From positions 1 to 29,502 of the IMG/VR virus record IMGVR_UViG_3300031519_000150: a stretch of DNA of 29,502 nucleotides; one strand, written 5' to 3'. Shown piece after piece: positions 28,209 through 29,502 of the stretch. Under the pieces are notes generated by a model that made no database searches, was not told the origin of the DNA, and saw only the letters and a list, made by a program, of their open reading frames with translations. This DNA is from a virus. Lineage: Duplodnaviria; Caudoviricetes. Within the stretch, counting starts at the first letter, position 1. Each line of letters starts with the position of its first letter. The translations under genes and the position numbers were made by a program.

Positions 28209-29502
28209 ATGCCATATATTGGAAGAACTACAGACGGATTAGGAATCAGAGAGAGGTTTACTTATATAGCTTCTGCTGGTGACACTTCAATTAGTGGTGC
28301 AGATGCAAATGGAAAAACTCTTGCATTTGAAGACCCAGAATACGTTGACGTTTTTCTAAATGGTATTCGTCTAAAAAAAGGTACTGACTACAATACAAAT
28401 ACTGCAAACACAATTGCAAGTCTTTCTGCTTTAGCAGCAAGTGACGAAGTCGAAGTGATAGTACAAGATGTATTTACACTTGCAGATATGGTAAGTGCAA
28501 ATACTGGTGGTGACTTTCGTGGTAATATTGCAATCGCAAAAGATAGTGGAGTTCTCTCCTTTGGTTTAGACAAAGAGATTACATTAACTCATAGTGCAGA
28601 TGCTGGATTGATACTGAAACACGCAACTGCTGGTGATGACAAGTTTCCAAATCTTCTTCTTCAAACTGGTGATACTGATATTGCAGCCAATGATGTATTA
28701 GGAAGTATTCAGTTTCAAGCACCAGACGAAGGTACTGGTACAGATGCCATTCTAGTTGCTGGTGCAATTCAAGCAATATCAGAGGGTGACTTTAGTTCCT
28801 CGAATAACGCAACAAAATTAAGTTTTCAAACTGGTGCATCTGAAGCTGCATCTGAAAAAATGTCTTTAAGTTCTGCTGGTGTACTAACTACATCAAGTAA
28901 CATTGTAAGTGGTGGAACTATTACTGGTGGTGGACTATTAACAACTGGTGGAAGTATTGTTATCCCAGATGCTGGTACTATTGGTTCTGCAAGTGATACA
29001 AATGCAATTGCAATATCATCTGCTGGTGTTGTTACAATATCTACAAACACAGATGCAACAAACTCTACAAGTGGTGCTTTGATTGCACACTCTGCTGGTA
29101 TTGCAGATGACTTGTATGTAGGTGATGGTCTTTTTGTTGCTGGTGCGATTACTGGTTCTGGTGTAGTTCAAGGTACAACAATAACTGCAACGACTGCTTT
29201 TGTTCCAGATGCAAGTGACGGAGCTGCGTTAGGTTCTGCATCACTAGAATTTAGTGATTTATTTCTTGCAGATGCTGCTGTTATTAACTTTGGTGCAGAC
29301 CAAGATATAAACATCACTCATGTTGCAGACACAGGATTAACAACAAACGGATCATTTACTGCAAGTGGAACAATACAAGGTACAACGATTACTGCAACCA
29401 CAGCATTTGTTCCAGATGCATCTGATGGTGCAACATTAGGTTCTTCAACACTACAGTTCTCTGACTTATTTATTGCAGATGGTGGAGAAGTAAAGTTTGG
29501 TG
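28209..29502 (+). CDS. second modular tail-fibre protein, 3'-truncated by the window edge (absent from the ORF track)
   Basis: ATG at 28209 after AAAGGA; reads MPYIGRTTDGLGIRERFTYIASAGDTSISGADANG...VDVFLNGIRL...; open to the end and shares modules A and B with 22032-24803. Confidence 0.88.
   Translation, partial: MPYIGRTTDGLGIRERFTYIASAGDTSISGADANGKTLAFEDPEYVDVFLNGIRLKKGTDYNTNTANTIASLSALAASDEVEVIVQDVFTLADMVSANTGGDFRGNIAIAKDSGVLSFGLDKEITLTHSADAGLILKHATAGDDKFPNLLLQTGDTDIAANDVLGSIQFQAPDEGTGTDAILVAGAIQAISEGDFSSSNNATKLSFQTGASEAASEKMSLSSAGVLTTSSNIVSGGTITGGGLLTTGGSIVIPDAGTIGSASDTNAIAISSAGVVTISTNTDATNSTSGALIAHSAGIADDLYVGDGLFVAGAITGSGVVQGTTITATTAFVPDASDGAALGSASLEFSDLFLADAAVINFGADQDINITHVADTGLTTNGSFTASGTIQGTTITATTAFVPDASDGATLGSSTLQFSDLFIADGGEVKFG
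28662..28880 (+). repeat. fibre module A copy 3
   Basis: QTGDTDIAANDVLGSIQFQAPDEGTGTDAILVAGAI...EKMSLSSAG. Confidence 0.9.
29169..29502 (+). repeat. fibre module B copies 2 and 3 (tandem, 207-nt period)
   Basis: QGTTITATTAFVPDASDGA begins at 29169 and again at 29376. Confidence 0.88.

Noticed and set aside
5521-28220. SD-sequestering hairpins at the other late promoters (gp25, gp8, 21696, 27372, 28209)
   Set aside because: Only short (4-7 bp) or mismatched pairings, expected by chance in AT-rich DNA.
437-29050. Many minus-strand and alternative-frame ORFs in the track (e.g. 3978-4520, 22529-23260, 23750-24367)
   Set aside because: They overlap strong + strand genes and are antisense shadows of biased codon use, with no recognisable motifs.
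22476-29502. Fibre repeats as diversity-generating retroelement TR/VR
   Set aside because: Differences are mostly synonymous, not adenine-specific, and no reverse transcriptase is in the window.
1-29502. tRNA, CRISPR array, rho-independent terminators
   Set aside because: Intergenic gaps are under ~50 nt, and I saw no cloverleaf, repeat-spacer array or GC-stem/U-tract.

Overview
A 29.5-kb, AT-rich, densely packed window with all supportable genes on the + strand, from a T4-like myovirus of the marine cyanophage/pelagiphage type (host cannot be read from this window). It runs from the 3' part of the gp41 replicative helicase and a 2OG-Fe(II) oxygenase into a late structural cluster: gp5 (no lysozyme domain), PAAR gp5.4, an unknown 591-aa protein, gp25, gp6, gp7, gp8, a VrlC/DUF4815-like giant protein, two small conserved proteins and a modular fibre/adhesin/chaperone array that runs off the right edge. 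T4 late promoters (TATAAATA) precede several genes. The most notable unannotated signals are: (1) an ~19-bp hairpin burying the SD and AUG of gp5 with a late promoter inside it, preceded by an uncalled 73-aa CTG-start ORF that has its own promoter-containing stem and ends inside the gp5 hairpin, which suggests a two-step translational lock at the replication-to-late boundary; (2) codon-level avoidance of GATC, GGWCC and WCCWGGW, with exceptions marking probably younger segments; (3) an amicyanin-spaced His...CxxHxxM site and acidic repeats in gp7; (4) shuffled fibre modules diverged mainly at synonymous sites. All counts were made by eye and need computational confirmation.
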